From Phoronis australis (Eukaryota > Animalia > Phoronida): a stretch of 64,000 nt of DNA. The stretch is taken from the NCBI GenBank assembly GCA_002633005.1, contig NMRA01000146.1:555981-619980 (forward strand), written 5' to 3'. The position numbers were made by a program, and so were the translations under genes. Below, piece after piece: positions 1 through 14,100 of this stretch (the first letter of the stretch is position 1; each line of letters begins with the position of its first letter). The notes beneath the pieces are model-generated. The model made no database searches. It was given only the letters and a program-made list of their open reading frames with translations, and was not told where the DNA came from.

Positions 1-1891
1 AAACAAAACCAAAAAGACAGTAAAATTTCGAAAATTGTAATAAAACATTAAAACCTGCGGCATTTAGGAAATGACTCTTCGTCAAGATATACCCAATTTG
101 CCGTTTTAACTGATATTGTTTTTAATGTATCAAATCAAACCGTGCTTTCGAAATTTAAGGCTGTAATTTTGTTAATGCCAGAGAAAACCCACTTCGGTGT
201 AATAATAAACACCAGGGATAAGAAAGTAGTCCCAGCAGTTGACCTTCAATTTCATGAGATTAGACATGCATGAATACACAGGGCATGATCCTTTACATTG
301 CACGAGACAGTAAATACATCACATGCACTAGATCTCGGGTTAGTCAGTTGAGTTTAACTGGTTTGAGTTGAACATGCAGCTGTTTTGAGTTAAGTTTGAG
401 TTGAGTCGTGTTGCAGCTACAGATTCAACAGAAAAAGCATTGGTATAAACAGCTACATGTAGAGAGACAGTTCCTGAAATAGGCTGAATAGTTTATCACG
501 TGTCAGAGCATGGCAACACTGGTGGGAGCATAGAACAGACATGACATCGATGGTTTTGTATATGTTTAACGTGGAAATTAATACGATCGATATTAGACAA
601 CGCCAGAAATTTGTAACATGCACTACTGCGCATGCGCTAAATCTTGCCAGCAGCCCTCCATAAGGAATAAACAAGAGCAGGCTATATAATCAGGAATTTG
701 TAAGCGAGGGGAGATAACTGCACAATTTGCCGATAGCCTGTCGCATAGAGTGTATGTTAAGATCTGTTACTGCCAAATATCAGCGTCATTGGTGAAAATT
801 TTTCCACATCTCTTGAAGTTTGAAGTTTGACCCATTCAGGCCTATGTTAACGATCGTCCAGAATCCCATATTTGAGCGCATAGCTCATTTTGAAGTCAAG
901 TTTGTGGCTGAATTCATTTTGCCATCGGATTTGCCGATAGCGGAGGTGATTACCAGGAGTACTCAGAGGTTGCTGGTCCAAATTTCATGCTGTTTTTCGA
1001 AAATTTTTCCATGTCTCTTGTGTTCAGAAAATGGATCCACGTACAGTGCTGTGAGATTAAATGTTGCCGATCGCCCGGCTGTCTTGCAATGGAATTTGCA
1101 CTCTGTATAGATGAGGGACTACCTCAGAATCGGTAAGAAACTGTTATGTTATTTTCTCATCCGGTATGAGTTTAGAAATACTTTCGAAATTTGAAAAAAC
1201 TCGGATTTTATACAGTTTTATGCAGGTTTTTCGCCTGTGAGTATAGTTGATACTGGTTATCTTCAAAATGTTGTTTCGTTTTGTGATCCACAGAACGTTG
1301 TCCTTTCGTCTTAATTTAATACTGTTACATTGGAGTGGATTCCGGACACAAATATGTATTGGCAAACATCTGAAGATTAATAAAAAGCGCTTTGGCAGCC
1401 CCCTTAAGGCAGCAAGCACACACCGGCTGGATGGTGTTCAATTCACTTTTGTTGTGCTTATGTGTAGGCCTAGAGCTGTGACCCCAATGACCCAGCTAGC
1501 ACTGTCATACTGTAGACTGTGGCGTTCCAGAAATTCCAAAGACTGTTATTTTGTAAACGTGACAAGTATTGCTCTGCAGACTATATATTGACTTCAGTGG
1601 GGATCACGGTACTAGCGCCCAAGCTCCCTGACCTTTAACCTTACTATGCGTTGTTACGATTGGTTAGGGACATGGCGCAAAGCGTCACCTAGGGGATCAA
1701 GAATGTTACAAATTTCTGGCGTTGTTAGTGAAGTGATTATATCAAACCAGTTTTCCGTCTATCGTCGCACCGAGGGCTATTAGAACCGATCGGTTGTAGC
1801 CTGCAACAGTGCCGCCACCCATCTACAGGGGGATTGTGACAAACGCGCATCACTCGGCGACAATAGGCAAGAACATGTAACAAGCTCTCAC

Positions 1892-2149
1892 CTGATTCAC
1901 TCGTATGAAATGCTATCGAAGCTGAAACTACATCATCCCATCCTGCCTTGACTGTTGTTATCGTAACATTGTACTCAGTAAAAGAAGTCAAACCAGTGCA
2001 ACGTTTGTTGGTAGCATAATTATCTGCAATGAAGTGATGTTTTCCGCAAGACACTTTGTAGCTATCTTTATTTCCAGCTGCTGCGGTCCAATTGACATCA
2101 ATTGTTGTCTCACCTCCAACCAGAGAGACAATAGTAGCTGCAGCCAGTT
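1892..2149 (-). CDS. FN3 domain exon 2 (Cys-containing FN3)
   Basis: Acceptor tacctttctag|AA, donor CAG|gtgaga. Encodes LAAATIVSLVGGETTIDVNWTAAAGNKDSYKVSCGKHHFIADNYATNKRCTGLTSFTEYNVTITTVKAG, with the FN3 Trp, Tyr and GL-x-x-x-TEY-x-V motifs. Confidence 0.85.
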
Positions 2150-5100
2150 CTAGAAAGGTAGTAGCATACCAACTGATATGTGTCCATGTCTAACCCTGTT
2201 AAAACTCAGGGTTTAGCGAAACAATGTTTAAACGATTTCCCGGTGTTTTGTCAGATTAGCAAATTGTTATCAGTGCAGCTGTGTGTCATAAGGACACTCT
2301 TAAGCATTCAACAAAATGAAATGGTAACAAAAAACTGTTCGGTGCGGAAGACACTCTTCTTGCTTTGAGATGCAATTCCTTAAAATTAATTTACAGACGT
2401 TAACAGTTCTGTTAAAAACAGAAACGTATTTTCCACCCAATTGTTACTATAATTAACTACAACTTTATTTCCTAATTTGATAATGTTTTCAGCAACTACA
2501 AACTGAAAGTACAGTGATTATAGTTCAGGACACGAAATTTAGCATCAGTTCAAAACGACTAACGATAACTGGAAAAATTTCCAGATTGCTTATCGAAAAT
2601 GAGACCGATAAATAAATCAACTGCATCAATGGAAGTGCAACATTCCAGTCCCTCAAAAAGTGTGATTAAGTTATGATAATGAAACGATTTGTATACCATG
2701 TGCTACGTAACGACCATTTTTCCCGGGTCCAATGCCCAATTGAGGATCATTCATGGCATCGGCAAACAGACGACCATCCACGAACGGGTGGCAAAATATT
2801 GATTCATTGGTCATTGGTTGGCAATTGTCTCACCATTGTCGTATGTAATACAACCTGCATTACTTGGCACATGTACACTAGAATATATAGCAACGAACAC
2901 TCACTTGTTTTAGCCATCTTTGATGTCGAAACTGCATCAATCGATCCTGCCTTGATTGTTCTTATGGTGACGACGTACTCAGTTCCAGGAGTCAAGCCAG
3001 TACAACGTTTCTTGTTATCAGCCTTGTCAGCAATGAACTGATGGGTGCCGCATGAAACTTTGTACCTGTCTTTAGGTCCAGCCGCAGCACTCCAACTGAC
3101 GTCAATTGTTGTTTCACTTCCAACCACAATGGTAATTGTAGCTGCAGCAAGTGTTTTAGCGTCTAACACAAATGTAAAGACACGCATTAAACAAAATAAT
3201 AGGACAACGAATAGCATAGGTATACGCCCATATTGTTCAACATGAACAGAGCAGACATTAACCTTGCGGATTTATAATACCCAAGAGACAGTTTTATTTC
3301 ACTTAAAAATGTCAATAAGTGAGGATATAAAACAAACTCCTCTAGAATTGAATTCCATGAGAATCGACCGATGAGTTTGGTGTATGCCGACGATGAGGTC
3401 AACCAATTGTAATAACAATGAAGCACGTTACTATTGATATTTGTCTGAAAATTAGGGCCGTGTCTCACCTACAATTAACACAAAACTTTCTGACAGAGAG
3501 GCACTGAAGGCATATGAATTAACTGTCACAGGGGTTACAACGCGCACAAATATTCACAATTTCAAGAGGTGCTTTTGCACCTCATCAACACTTTTCCACG
3601 GTTTCATGAGTAGAGACGTGGCTGAAGAAAAAAAAACACGAAGGCGCACAGCATTCACTAAATCAAAAATCAAGCGAGATCTGTTTTTAGACTTTGCTTT
3701 ATTTACCAAATGGGAAGAAACATTTCAGGACTCTATAGATTAACAAGTAGAGGCACTGACATGCAGAGAGGGGCACAAAACACGCTGAAAAAGTCATTTT
3801 GGAGGTTTTAAATTTTCCATTACTCCTGAATTGATCAACAGCTTTAAATAAAATCAAAAAGTAATGCACATAGCATGTTATAATGTGTCTTTCCATGTCC
3901 TTCTGATGAAATTGGTACTTTGGTTTGCTTCCATTAGCATGGGAATAACATTACTTAGCCTTGTTTATTCATTGTGTGCGTCGTGGAAGCTGATAATAGT
4001 GTGCGTTTAACAGTACGACTCGCGCGGGGCAATTTCAATGGACTTGAATTTTATTGATTATCAGGGGCCATGGGCGCACAGTTCGCAGTAATATACACAC
4101 ACGTTCCTACTCAGACAAAAAAGGTGCTTTTTTTTCTTCTGAAAAGCATTACCCTTTTTCTACACTTAGTTTTTTAAGACCTCAGTGCCCTATAGTTTAA
4201 AAAAAATGGTTGGGTCTTTTTGTTGTACTCGAAATCGAACTTAAAATTACAGAATTGCACGAACATGAACGTAGACGACAGTATATTAGACTAAAATAAA
4301 ATACACATACATCTCGAGTTTGTACTGACCTAGGATAGAAATTGTTAAAAAGATCTCGAATTTTATTCTGAGAAAACGATTAAATATCAGGCCCCCACAC
4401 GGTTGTTTCTAACGTGGACACTTGGCATGGACCATTTTTATAATTTTGCCAGGACCGCAAAATGCCACATCAAACGGGTTTCTATATCAATATTGCCCGT
4501 ATTACAAATGTTACAAATTCGTAAACTTTAGGGCTTATCATTTCACGGCCAATTTTAATTTTAAATTGAAGAGTTAAACGTCTAAAATACATTTTCGCAT
4601 AGTAAAATACCAGTTTTGAGATGATGAAGCATTTGTTTTTAAGCTGATGAGTTTACATGCACAATAGTGTTCGGTAGCAAATATCACTTGAGACAAGTTT
4701 TGTTGATCAGGAAGCTGAACAAATTATGGATCTTCCCATACGATGTCTCACGAGAGTCCAAGTATCGGACAACTGAACTCTCCTTCATTTTGGATGTAAG
4801 ACTGCGTGTAATTTCCATTGACCATGGGTGACACGTTTTCGCAGGTCATGTACGAAAAGAACGTGATGTACACCTACAAGTATTGCCCATTTAAACCGTG
4901 GCGTTCTACCAATCAGCTTGGTCTATGGCAAAGAAGACGTCAAAGAATCGGAGTTTCCCCAATAAAGCAAGTCACCGGTGTCACTTTGCTGAAATTTACA
5001 GGTACGTCCCATTTGTAAGGAGCAAAACTTCACAAAGACAATTCAGCATTTTGGCAGAGAAAAATGGAAGACAAATACATCAACTACCTCAACGGGATAC

Positions 5101-8100
5101 AGCGCTATACACATATTCACAACATCGGCAGGTTTTATATCCCTAATAAAAACATACAACCTAAATGTAAGCTTCATAAGTATTTTACATAGTTACATAC
5201 AGTAAGTAGAAACGGGGTTGTACAAAAACAAATTACCCCGAGGGCGCACATCATTCAACTAAGCAACGGAAAATCAAGCGATCGTCGTTCAGTCCTCCAC
5301 ATGACCAACTTGCCAAATGTTATATATATCCATGTACAAACCGTGATGATAAACAAGTAGACGTAACACGTGATACTGTTGAAGATTGAAAAAAATATAA
5401 TTAAGAATAGAGATCACCAAAGCAATTGGATATGTCCGGAAACCGTCGACAACTGTTCTCTCCCCAACATGCTCTTAATATTCCAAAGAGATGTGCTAAA
5501 GAATTTGTTAGATAGTGTGGCTGGCGCAAACAAAACAGGGATTACAATTTGGTGAGCTCATAATAGTCGTAATTATTAGAAAATAATTGGCAACCGTGAT
5601 CTCCGTAACAAGATCGCTTCACACAATTTTGGAAATGCATCGAGGAGCTTGGTAGAACATAGAGTAGGCACAGCAAAAACTGAAATCGTAACTGACGGGC
5701 TTCACAGTACATGAACATGTAAATGAAAGCGCTCCGAGGAGTGAACCTTGGCGAAATTAACCAAAAAGATAACGATAAAGATGATGACGAAGATGACGAA
5801 TATGACGACGATGGTGGCGAGGATGTACAAAAGAAGTAATAACATACACGTGATGAAGTAGAAGTTCGAAATCAGTAAGACAAAGGCTACAATCTTCAGC
5901 GACACTTGGCGAAATTAACGGAAAAGACAACTACGGAGATGATGACGAAGATGATGACGAATATGATTATTGTGGTGGCGATGATAAAAAACATCACAAC
6001 ATTCATTTGACGAAGTTAGATGTCATAAATCAATAAGAAATAGGCTACAGTCTAGTTCAATAGAAGATAAACCAACATCATTGCAGCAAGAGCGCTCAAC
6101 AAAGGAACAGCGTTATCAGAAAATCTCAAATAACTCAAAAAGTAGACGTCCTAGCGAAAAATGGAAAACATCTTCTGAAAGCCCGTTCAAAATTCTATCT
6201 AAACTGATGGTATCGCCTAATTCCGTAATTTTTTCGAAAAAAATGAAAATTTGCGTTTTTTTAAGAAATTCAAAGTCAAATAACTCGAAAACGGTAAGAC
6301 TGAGAAAAAAATTGTTACAGGCCATTTGAAAGAATATACTTCAAAGAATCCACATGCAAAAAATCACGTCTTTTTCTCTTCCCGTTTAAAATCGCACTCC
6401 AGCACGACTGAAAATGGGTCAACATCCACCAGATCCGCCATCTTGAAAGCAACTTCCGGTTTGTTGGCATTGTATAATAGCATGTCATAAGAAACTAACA
6501 CCTGTAAAAATTCGAAGGAAGTGGTCTGATAATGCGCCCTCTACAGGAGAAAACGTTTTAGGCCAAAATCGAGGTGCGCATGCGCGATCGCCGATATTTC
6601 CGCCGTCTTTAAACAGAAGTGAACAATTTCCAGTATACTTGTAGCAAACTTCCAGTGCATTTACTGTGCCAATTCTTAGCCTTTTAGGTAAAAGATTGTA
6701 GCCTCCAGAAGCATTTCAACTTTTAAATGAAAACAAAATGGCCGCCACAGCCGCCATCTTGGATCCGATTTTGACGAAAAACAATAGGCTTCCAGAACTT
6801 CCGGATATACGTGTTATATGTAAATTTCGTGATGATCGGACGAAAATTGCGACCTGTATCGTGCGAACAAACAAACAAAACGAGAGCGCTCGGAGGAGCG
6901 ACACTTGGCGGAACTAATCGAAAAGACGACGATGAGGGAGACGACGACAATCAAGACGATCACGGCGGCAATTATGAATAAGACGATAACACGATAACAT
7001 TCATGTGACTAGCGAAGAAATCAAATAGAGAGCAGACAATCAACTACAATAANNNNNNNNNNNNNNNNNNNNNNNNNNNNNNNNNNNNNNNNNNNNNNNN
7101 NNNNNNNNNNNNNNNNNNNNNNNNNNNNNNNNNNNNNNNNNNNNNNNNNNNNNNNNNNNNNNNNNNNNNNNNNNNNNNNNNNNNNNNNNNNNNNNNNNNN
7201 NNNNNNNNNNNNNNNNNNNNNNNNNNNNNNNNNNNNNNNNNNNNNNNNNNNNNNNNNNNNNNNNNNNNNNNNNNNNNNNNNNNNNNNNNNNNNNNNNNNN
7301 NNNNNNNNNNNNNNNNNNNNNNNNNNNNNNNNNNNNNNNNNNNNNNNNNNNNNNNNNNNNNNNNNNNNNNNNNNNNNNNNNNNNNNNNNNNNNNNNNNNN
7401 NNNNNNNNNNNNNNNNNNNNNNNNNNNNNNNNNNNNNNNNNNNNNNNNNNNAAAGCCAGCCAGCTGCGTGCATACGTGACCGAAGGAACAACGGTATCCG
7501 AAAATCTCGAATAATTCAAAAAGTAGTGGTCGTAGCGCAAAATGGAAATTATCATCTGAAAGCCCGTTCAAAACTCTATCTAAAGTGGTAGTTTGTCAAA
7601 CACGATAACATTCATGTGACTAGCGAAGAAATCAAATAGAGAGCATACAATCAACTGCAATAAAGAACAATAGCTGGCGCAACATGACAGACGAGCCATG
7701 CTCTACAGTAGGACAGTGCTGGCTGGGTCAGTCTGGGTCAACTAGGCATAACCAAAACAAAGTGAACTGAAAGCCAGCCACCTGCGCGCTTGCATAGGAA
7801 CAACGGTATCCGAAAATCTCGAATAATTCCAAAAGTAGACATCGTAGCGCAAAATGGAAAATATCTTGTGAAAGCCCATTCAAATTTCTATCTAAAGTGG
7901 TAGTTTGGCAAAAATCCAAACATTTTTCTAGAAAATTGAAAATTTGCCGTTTTTTGAAATTTAAGTCAAATAACTCAAAAACGGTTAGTCTGAGAAATAC
8001 GCTCTCCCAGACATTTTGAAAGGCCATACTTCAAGGAAACCACATGCAAAAATTCACGTCATTTGCTCTTCCCATAAAAAAATGCGACAACACAGCGATT

Positions 8101-11100
8101 GAAAGCGTGTGAACATGCTCCACAGCCGCCATCTTAGAAGTAACTTCCGGTCCAATATTTTTTTATAAAAGCTTATTAATCTCAACAAACACCTGACCAG
8201 TTTGAAAGTGATTGGTTTGCAATTGCACCCTCTACAGGAGAAAACGTTTTTAGCCATATTTCGGGGTGCGCATGCGCTACGTCCAATATTTACGCCATCT
8301 TTAACCGAAAGTCAAAGATTTTCTGCACACTTGTAGCACATGGGTACTAGAATAATTGTACAGATTTTGAGCCACGTACGTCGAAAAATGCGGCCTCTAC
8401 GAGTATTTGACTGTCAAATCGGATACAAAATGGCCGCCACGTCCGCCATTTTGTATCCGATCATGACCAAAAACAACAGCGTTCTAGTACATTTCAATCT
8501 ACTTGTTCTGTGCAAATTTCGTGAAAATCGAACGAAGTTTGCGACCTGTAGAGTGCGAACAAATAAAAAACTTGACGACAGAGCAACATACTTGTCGGAA
8601 TTCGAAGAATTCCGCCAAGTAAAAACTTAGTGCAAGAGCAACATACTTGGCGAAATTTATTTCGCCAAGTAATTAAAATGGACTGTGTCACTTGGCTCCA
8701 AATCCTGCAAGAAGAGATTCGTCACCTACGGGTATTCTTACCTTGATACCATAGGTGATGGTAGTTTTAAAGTTTCAAAATGTTGTGGCCCATTTTTTGT
8801 AAATAGGGTAACAAAATTTGCCATGAAATTGTCGTTGGCCCGTTGGCTGAAAAAGGGAACTGATGAGTCTCTAAAATTTCAGTAACTCCATAACTGTTCA
8901 ATGGTTTTCCAAAATTCTGAGAATTGATGTATGTGACACGTTGAAATGTATCACTTCATATGCTTATGACGAACTTATATTTTGCTTTACTAATATTACC
9001 ATTGGACTAACGTTACCTAGCGCTGGTCATTCGCAGTCGGATTCGTGTAAGCCGATAATAACGTGCGTTGTGCACTACGTCTGCGCTGCACTTTCATGGC
9101 TCGCGCGTGACGAGTTGATTGAATTTTAATTTTATTAAGCATACGAATCAACGGCCCATTACTTTAAAATATAAACACTGTATGCACACTTGCAAACGTT
9201 TACAAAATTCAGCGTTTGGCATCTGAAACTCTTTAGCCTTTGTATAAAAGTTGAGTTGGTTTTTTAAGTATTCACTGCTCTAGAGTGAAAAGAGACCAAA
9301 TATCAGGGCTAATCGCTGTACTCGAAAGCGAAATTATAGGGCTTTACAAACAACAAGGTGAAGCAAAATATACTTAATAGTATAAAAACATTCATTGAAT
9401 TCGCAATAAAGTAGAATAGAAAATGTCAACAAGTATCTTGGATTTGATTTTAGAAATAAAAACTGGACCTCTGGCTCTGCCATGGTTGTTTCAGAACGCG
9501 ACCACGAGTTACATGTACGGGCGCATTCGTTGAAGTTTCCACAGAATTTACTTTAAAAATCTTTTTCGTCCAAAGTTTACTCTCTATTATTCTAAAAAAT
9601 GTGCTTCATTCATCGTGCACCACCTTTTAATGAATGACAGAATGAATTGTCTTCTCACCTACGTACTTCGTCGTTTGCCATCTAGCATTACCTGACTCTT
9701 CCATGACTAACCTGTTCAGTCAGAAATTCGCCGACTCTGGGTAGTACTAGTCCGTACTCTGTCACAGACCTTGCTTTGTGAGGTAGTTTCCTGTATCTCA
9801 AATGTTCGGTGGTGTCTTTGACATAACTCGCTAAAGCACAAAGCTTTTGTGATCGGATTTTTTGCAGAATAAACTCTAAAGGAACATGAAGGCCCATCGA
9901 CATCGTCCGCCATCTTGTCTTTTTAAAATACACTTGATTCTCTCAAAATCAGTCATTACAAATATCAATTCTTACTCGTTTAATCTTAAAGGCATTTATT
10001 TCCATTTAAAAGTTCTACAGAGTTTTTAAATTAACCTGATAATGTAAAAGAAATGAAAGAATACAAGAGGCTTTCACGTACATTTTATACAACCTCAAGC
10101 TTACCCTCAACTGACTCCCTCAGTGAGCAAAGCTCATCGGGTTCATTTTTCATACTAGCCGCGTAATAAACCTTGAAAACATATTGTTTTCATTTGAAAG
10201 AGTTTAGACTTTGTTTCTGCAACTATTTAAAGCTCACTTGTTGCCTAAAAGTTTGTTCAAATGGTCTGTAAACTCTGCTCGTAATTTCCAAGCTATGAAA
10301 GTAGACAGTTTTGCAAGACAGTTTTCACTCAAGTGCAAAGTTGAGGCAAGATTTTCTATTTCTCAGTCATCAAGACTAACTCTTTTACTGTATGTTTAAA
10401 ACATCACAAAAGGCTACAAGGTGTTTTATGGCAGTAAGGAGGTCACAAAAATGGCCCAGTAAAATTAGCCCCAAAAAGTGGTCTGTGGATTATCTCCCCT
10501 GTCTATCACAACACTTTCAGATTTTAATAAATGGCACAGTATACGTTGGTTATTTCAGCCACCAAAATATAGCTTTTGATCTATTTTGTATATTACTCAT
10601 TTTTGTTGCTGAAAACATGCGATTTTTGAGACAGCTAACATGCCTAATTGTGCCAATTTGTGTTATCATGCTCCAGCGGCGAAATTAGGGGTCATTGGGT
10701 GCACAAAATTTGGCATTTGGGTTTTTGTTAGGATAACTACCCATGTACAAAAAATGAAGTTGCTTTAAATTTTGATGTATAGAGTGATTTTTGAAAATCT
10801 ACTGGTTTTTATATGGATTGCCTCTTGATTCTTTCTTTAGATTTTACCCGTATTTTTTAAAGTAAACAGATGGCGCTGCCTACCCACGAAGGCGGGTGAA
10901 AACTGTGCTGCTGAAATTTGCTGTAAAATACTATTTGTGCCGAAGACCATTGAGGAGAGGATGGAGATTCTGCTGGTGCTAAAAACTGTGTGAGTGCATG
11001 GTTAAAAGAAGTTATTTCAGTGTATTACCCTGTGCACATTTACACCGGACATTAAACGTATCTGGGGTGCCTTACGTAACTGTAACAACCATTGTGAACA

Positions 11101-14100
11101 ATGCCGACCATTGGTGCAAAACTAAAAACTCCAACGAACCGTCTCAACCTGCGCAGTGCCAGCAGTATCGTAGATTACATGCCCCCACAACAGGATATAA
11201 CAAATAGAGAGTTGCTGAACCAGCTGAATGCCAGATTTGATGGCATGGAGAAGGAGATAGGTAAACATCAATTTCAAGAGACGAAGGCTGAAAATGTCAA
11301 ACTCAGGGATTTCATCAAGCTGCTAGAGAGAAAGGTGGACGACCTTGAAAATAGGTCCAGAAGGGACAATAATACTATACGTGGTATGAAGGAGGAGGTC
11401 TACGAGTCATGGGACAAAACTGATGAATTGGTTCAACAAGTGGCTGATGATTTAAGAATAGGCGAGTTGTAAATTGACCGTGCACACCGTCTTGGTAGAA
11501 AACAGCACAACAGAAATCGACCAATAATCGCAAAAATATCGGCGGCAAGCATATCTGCTCTCATGAAGAAGCGCAGAGACCTTCCAAAGGGGGTACACAT
11601 AACTGAAGATTTCTAATGGCGAGTTAGAGTGGCCAGGAAAAATGATACACATTCAAAATGGAGAACAGGATGGAACACGCTAAAATCACATTCGACAAGA
11701 TGATCAACGGTAAAGAAACATACTACTACGACGAAGAACAGATTTTCGAAGGTCAGCTGACAGAGGTATCAACGATGAAGCAGACCCTGATGCAAAATAG
11801 CAATTTCATGAACAGAGCATCGATTTGCATATAGGTCATCTTCTCAAGAAATTGATGAATCATGTGATATAATTGGTTTCATTAAATCATTCCAAAAATC
11901 ACCAACAGAATTTGACACGTATTTCGACAACTATACTGTCCGCTCTGCAATTCGCCCCCTGGTGGGAAATTATCAGGAGGCGTCACTGTGTTAGTAAAAA
12001 ATAATTTGCCACAGAATGTAACGCGCGTGAATTATGATTTAATAGATCGTGTCTGTTTACACATAAAAATATGTACCTCATATGTAAGCGTCATATCATT
12101 ATAGGTTTTGTCTACCTGCCTCCAGAGGGCTCTGGTTATAGCCAAGAAAGTGACTTGGAGCAGTTATACATGGATAGTGACCTCTGATATTTCAGTAACC
12201 TGTTTGACATTAACAGAACAGAAATTTGCAGTGGAACTTTTGATGACCCAGTTAGATAGACTCTTGATGAGCATGACTCACAGTGTGAGCGTTGTAGGCA
12301 CCCACAGAGTGAGCGTGATGTAAACAGTGCCTTTGACATGGATGAACTAAATGCCGGTATTAGCGCAGATGAAATATTAAGGGCCATAAAGAAACAAAAG
12401 AATAATAAATCTTCCGGAGAAGATGACATGCCGGCTGAATTTTATAAGTGCTTCCCTGAGGCCCTAGTAGAACTTCTCCACAAACGTTTTAGTAGAATTT
12501 TCACTACCGGCATTATCCATCCCAATGGTCAAAAAGTATCATTGCTCCGTGTTACAAAAAGGAGACAAATTTAATCAAAATAATTACAGAGGGATCTCCG
12601 TTATAGATAGTGTTAATAAAATTTTTACAACTATTCTTTATTCTCGTATAATTGAATGGTCGAATAACCCGGAAGAACAAGCAGCCTTTAGGACTGGGTA
12701 CTCTACAATCGATAACATTTCTAACCTACAGTGTATCATCCAGAAACATGTCACTGAACGGAAGGGGATAGTATACTGTGCATTCCTTGATTTTAGTAGG
12801 GCATTTGATAGTGTAGATATTTCCCGTTTATTGTATGCCCTATTAACCAAAGGTTTGCATGGAAAAATATTTAACATTTTGCGCAGTATGTACGACTCTA
12901 TACAATCGTGTGTTATGGTACATTCCCAGACCACTCTACATTTCAACTGTAAAGTTGATGTCCGGCAAGGATGTGTTTTAAGTCCCTGGCTGTTCTCGGT
13001 GTTTGTTAGCACACTAGTGTCTGATATTAGAGAAAATGTAGGCAGATGTATACGTGTCTCTCCGGGTTGTGAAATAGGTTCTCTGTTTTTTGCTGATGAT
13101 TTAGTGCTGGTGTCGAATACTTTTGCTGGGCTACAGATGACGCTCAATGTCCTCGAAAAGTTTTGTCGAGACTGGAACTTGCAAGATTATTTGGAGAAAA
13201 CGAATGTTGTGGTATTTAAGCGATGGAACATACTTTCAAGTAATGAAAGGTGGGTTTTTGGCGATAAGAATCATACCAAATCGTTCTAGAAGTACCTAGG
13301 AGTCACATTCTCCTGCAGACTTAAATGGACAGAGTGTTGTAGAGTACTTGCAAGCCAAGCTCGAAAAGCAATGAACGTTATTAAAGCCACTCTGTCAAAA
13401 CTTAACTGTATTTCCCATGGAGTGCAGCATGAACTCTTTGACTCTATGATAATGCCCGTATTAACATATGGTGCAGAAATATGAGGAACATCAATGTGTG
13501 AATCTATTGAAAAAGTTCATAATGATTTCTATAAATATGTTCTGACATTGAGTATTAAAACGCCAAATGCTATGGCTCGTCGTGAATGTGGGAGACAGTT
13601 GTAAACCAATTATCTATTGGACAAAATTACTGGATATGGAAGAACATAGGTACCAACTGAAGTGTTATAGTATGCATAGGGAACAAAGTGAAAATGGTAA
13701 TTGTAACTGGGCACACCTTGTCAAAGAAATTTTGTATAGGTACCGCTATGGAGAAGTGTGCTTATTGGGCCCAGGCAGTAGTGCTGAGTTTATAATGGTA
13801 TTCAAACAGAGATTATTGGATTGTGGCGTACAGAAATGGCAACTGGAAATAGAGAGCTCAAATCAATATGAATTTTATAATCTTATTAAACGTGATCTTG
13901 TCAGCGAGCAATATGTGAATTGTTTAAGCACTTATTCATGAAAAACACTTGCGCAATTTCGGTGTTCAGGTCACTCACTTAATATAGAGAAAGGGAGACA
14001 TATGGGTATTCCTAGACATGAGTGAATATGCGGCATATGCTGTCTGGGTGAAATTGAAGATGAGGCTCATTTCATGCGTCGATGCCCTGTTCTTGGAAAC

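Noticed and set aside
5702-5905. Hydrophobic membrane-protein-like ORF
   Set aside because: It is the reverse reading of a GAT/GAC low-complexity repeat unit.
7021-7571. Long ORFs in the ORF track
   Set aside because: They consist of X residues produced by the N gap.
8742-8846. 105-nt candidate exon with good splice sites
   Set aside because: Open only in phase 2-2, which is incompatible with the phase-1 chain; no domain similarity.
9659-9875. Extra exon between PAN and FN3 (plausible AG and GT sites)
   Set aside because: Length is 217 nt (not a multiple of 3), no single open frame links the two sites, and no domain is recognisable.
12638-13147. 169-aa minus-strand ORF
   Set aside because: Antisense shadow of the LINE RT.
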